Shown piece by piece: positions 23,001-26,738 of a stretch of 26,738 bases of DNA. How positions within the stretch are numbered: the stretch's first letter is position 1; every line of letters begins with the position of its first letter. The stretch is from Tubiluchus corallicola (taxonomy: Eukaryota > Animalia > Priapulida). The translations under genes and the position numbers were made by a program. The stretch spans positions 1-26,738 of the forward strand of contig JAQGDQ010001752.1 of NCBI GenBank assembly GCA_030141605.1. Reading direction: 5' to 3'. The notes below the pieces were generated by a model. The model was not told the DNA's origin and did no database searches. It was given only the letters and a program-made list of their open reading frames with translations.

Positions 23001-24517
23001 GATGTAATAATTTGAGTAGTGCGAGGTGAGTGTACGACCATACGGTCATTAACACACTCACCTTACTTAAATGAAAAAATGATTATAGTTATGCATGCTT
23101 CTGTAGATAACTTAATGTAAATAAGGATGAAGTAAATGATGTAATAATTTGAGTAGTGCGAGGTGAGTGTACGACCATACGGTCATTAACACACTCACCT
23201 TACTTAAATGAAAAAATGATTATAGTTATGCATGCTTCTGTAGATAACTTAATGTAAATAAGGATGAAGTAAATGATGTAATAATTTGAGTAGTGCGAGG
23301 TGAGTGTACGACCATACGGTCATTAACACACTCACCTTACTTAAATGAAAAAATGATTATAGTTATGCATGCTTCTGTAGATAACTTAATGTAAATAAGG
23401 ATGAAGTAAATGATGTAATAATTTGAGTAGTGCGAGGTGAGTGTACGACCATACGGTCATTAACACACTCACCTTACTTAAATGAAAAAATGATTATAGT
23501 TATGCATGCTTCTGTAGATAACTTAATGTAAATAAGGATGAAGTAAATGATGTAATAATTTGAGTAGTGCGAGGTGAGTGTACGACCATACGGTCATTAA
23601 CACACTCACCTTACTTAAATGAAAAAATGATTATAGTTATGCATGCTTCTGTAGATAACTTAATGTAAATAAGGATGAAGTAAATGATGTAATAATTTGA
23701 GTAGTGCGAGGTGAGTGTACGACCATACGGTCATTAACACACTCACCTTACTTAAATGAAAAAATGATTATAGTTATGCATGCTTCTGTAGATAACTTAA
23801 TGTAAATAAGGATGAAGTAAATGATGTAATAATTTGAGTAGTGCGAGGTGAGTGTACGACCATACGGTCATTAACACACTCACCTTACTTAAATGAAAAA
23901 ATGATTATAGTTATGCATGCTTCTGTAGATAACTTAATGTAAATAAGGATGAAGTAAATGATGTAATAATTTGAGTAGTGCGAGGTGAGTGTACGACCAT
24001 ACGGTCATTAACACACTCACCTTACTTAAATGAAAAATGATTATAGTTATGCATGCTTCTGTAGATAACTTAATGTAAATAAGGATGAAGTAAATGATGT
24101 AATAATTTGAGTAGTGCGAGGTGAGTGTACGACCATACGGTCATTAACACACTCACCTTACTTAAATGAAAAAATGATTATAGTTATGCATGCTTCTGTA
24201 GATAACTTAATGTAAATAAGGATGAAGTAAATGATGTAATAATTTGAGTAGTGCGAGGTGAGTGTACGACCATACGGTCATTAACACACTCACCTTACTT
24301 AAATGAAAAAATGATTATAGTTATGCATGCTTCTGTAGATAACTTAATGTAAATAAGGATGAAGTAAATGATGTAATAATTTGAGTAGTGCGAGGTGAGT
24401 GTACGACCATACGGTCATTAACACACTCACCTTACTTAAATGAAAAAATGATTATAGTTATGCATGCTTCTGTAGATAACTTAATGTAAATAAGGATGAA
24501 GTAAATGATGTAATAAT
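20001..24517. repeat. 137-bp satellite array, 33 near-identical units
   Basis: Period is 137 bp. The first unit has an 8-nt deletion and one unit near 24032 lacks an A. Substitution variants cluster at the left edge. Confidence 0.98.
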
Positions 24518-24707
24518 AGCAATGGTATAAGAGCAATAAACCTGAAAGTTGAGAAAGGAAAACATAATATGTAATTACGACTTTGAGTGAAGCTTAAAGA
24601 GTGAAATTTTTTTTAAATAGTTACGAATATGAATTATGTGATTATCTGTCAATGTACCACTTACTTGTATTACAATGCACCATATTGCTTACTTGTATAT
24701 ACAATGA

Positions 24708-24785
24708 TATATATATATATATACTCAAATTTACACATACACATACACACACGTACGCATGCATGCATGCACACGTGCACACACG

Positions 24786-24822
<37 letters not shown>
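24708..24822. repeat. (TA)n/(CA)n compound microsatellite
   Basis: Direct reading. Confidence 0.9.
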
Positions 24823-24823
<1 letters not shown>

Positions 24824-25081
24824 CTGAAATTTAAATGGGGGAGAAGAGATTAAATTATACATTATACTTGCAGTAATAACTATAATTGTATAGAACATTT
24901 AAATATAATTGATGGTAGTAATGTAGCCATCATAACTATTAAAGATGGGCTATTGTAAGGAGGGGGGGGCAAATTATAAGAATATTCCTTTCCTTTCCTT
25001 TTAAGTTTTCAAGTAACTAAATCAAAGATGGAAACTAGTGATTTCGTATCACTTGGTAAGATTATATGTCTAATTTCCTAC

Positions 25082-25147
25082 CTTTAGCTGTGGCTTTTGA
25101 TACTTCTTCTTTCTTTATTTCTTCTTCAGATTTTCTGGACGCCTTAT
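25082..25147 (-). CDS. Zinc-finger gene, exon A (first exon visible; Lys/Glu-rich, xKASRKSEEEIKKEEVSKATAK)
   Basis: Acceptor ctttctgttttag| and donor G|gtaggg. The exon is 66 nt, phase 1/1, open, and joins exon B in frame (G|AA = Glu). It is too short to appear in the ORF track. Confidence 0.7.
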
Positions 25148-25225
25148 CTAAAACAGAAAGCATAGTGTAAAAAACAAAGTAGAAAAAAGATTTTGCATGT
25201 TGCTACACGGAAGTTGGTAGCTTCG

Positions 25226-25876
25226 GCGATGAGAATGACAAATTGCAAAAAAATCTGAAACAGGCCGGGGGTTTGGGGGCCGCGTAGCCCCCCCCTCCCC
25301 CATGGGGGTTCAAGGGGGTAAAGCCCCCTTTGGAGCCAGCAACAAATTGCAATTTTGTGACCAGAGAGAGCCTCTAAGTGGACTTAAAATGTCAATTACC
25401 TTGTTTCATGCGTAATTTAAAATACTCAACTATCAAGGATACATGATACATATGATCGTGAAGCTTCAAAAATTAACAAATTTTATTTTGTATATATTTT
25501 GATGCCTATATTTCATAAATTATAAAATTAAACTTGGTTTTATTCAAATTACACTTTGGTATTTCGGTTGTTTGTGTCTGGCGGCCTCAAAGCTTCACAT
25601 TTGTCAGCAATGAAGATATGCCTCATTGCCGTAAAAGGCATGCTACAAATCATACAGATTATCAAATAAACGATGTCTACGCTTCATTTGAACTATTTTA
25701 GCCAAATTTTTTCAGCAATTTTTAACATCTAGGAGATAAAAGGTAAGCTGGATAAATACCTTGAAAAATGCTACTGAAAGTTGCGGTTACAATTTCGACG
25801 AAAACTAAGTTCAACCCAGAAAAGTTTTCTCAACGAACTTAAGCGATTTACAAAAATGGCACTACTGATCTTTCAA
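25226..25876 (+). repeat. Longer copy of the same unclassified interspersed repeat
   Basis: Its two ends match 15140-15339 and 15549-15605. Confidence 0.7.
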
Positions 25877-26738
25877 ACACACTCACCTTACTTAAAGGAA
25901 AAAATGATTATACAGTGGCCGCCGCTTATTGTGGACACCTCGGGCCAGCAGTGTATGTCCATATTAAGCGGCTGTCCATATTAAGCGAAGTGACCCATGA
26001 AGACCCTTCCCCTTCATTAAAAAAGGCAAAAAACTGTCTGTATCAACTCGTCTCCTGTTTTATTGAAAAAAAGAAGTCAGACGAGTTTGTTTGGCAGGAA
26101 ACTTTTCTCTCAAGCTTGAACGGAAGGAAGTTATCACAGTTTCGAAGCTCTCAAGACCACGGCAAACGGCGAACTGACTGATGCAATGACTCACACAGGC
26201 AGCATAGCGGGAAGCTCTTTTCAATATCGCACGGCTGGTTCACGTGGTTGGCACGGCTGGTCACGTGCCAAGAATGTTCGCTGTCCATATTAAGCGGCGG
26301 TTGTCCATATTAACCGGCGGATTTTATTAGGGGAAAATTCCGTCCCTCGCGAGTTGTCCACAATAACCGTGTCCATAATAAGCGGCGGCCACTGTAGTTA
26401 TGCATGCTTCTGTAGATAACTTAATGTAAATAAGGATGAAGTAAATGATGTAATAATTTGAGTAGTGCGAGGTGAGTGTATGACCATATGGTCATTAACA
26501 CACTCACCTTACTTAAATGAAAAAATGATTATAGTTATGCATGCTTCTGTAGATAACTTAATGTAAATAAGGATGAAGTAAATGATGTAATAATTTGAGT
26601 AGTGCGAGGTGAGTGTACGACCATACGGTCATTAACACACTCACCTTACTTAAATGAAAAAATGATTATAGTTATGCGTGCTTCTGTAGATAACTTAATG
26701 TAAATAAGGATGAAGTAAATGATGTAATAATTTGAGCA
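25876..26738. repeat. Second array of the 137-bp satellite, interrupted by a MITE, reaching the window edge
   Basis: Same unit and orientation as 20001-24517. Confidence 0.95.
25913..26394. mobile_element. Young pogo/Tigger-type MITE, 482 bp, inserted in a satellite unit
   Basis: 26-bp TIRs CAGTGGCCGCCGCTTATTGTGGACAC/GTGTCCATAATAAGCGGCGGCCACTG (1 mismatch) with a TA TSD. The empty site gattaTAgttatg is seen in the other units. Confidence 0.95.

Noticed and set aside
20001-26738. 137-bp array as a CRISPR array or hammerhead-ribozyme satellite
   Set aside because: Units are identical end to end with no unique spacers and no cas genes. I found no CTGANGA...GAAA core flanking a stem on either strand.

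Overview
AT-rich, repeat-dense metazoan-type genomic DNA with no prokaryotic features. I assembled a minus-strand multi-exon zinc-finger gene by hand. It has 8 GT-AG exons between 25147 and about 2222 whose phases all agree, and two of its six fingers (mixed C2HC/C2H2) are completed only across splice junctions; its 5' end lies beyond the right edge. The introns hold non-autonomous DNA transposons (hAT, pogo/Tigger, Tc2-like, Kolobok-like, one piggyBac-like end), a decayed Tigger transposase, microsatellites, minisatellites (33, 35, 48 and 58 bp) and a near-perfect 137-bp satellite. Three structures stand out. (1) A 1.9-kb or longer inverted duplication (1-1862 vs 7108-8994) brackets the last two zinc-finger exons, with a second, roughly concentric inverted repeat inside it. 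(2) Each 137-bp satellite unit carries, on the gene's sense strand, a stop-containing 39-nt AG...GT cassette whose consensus donor is buried in its own hairpin. (3) A 48-bp coding minisatellite has grown out of a Tigger transposase linker. All alignments were done by eye, and the functional interpretations are inference.
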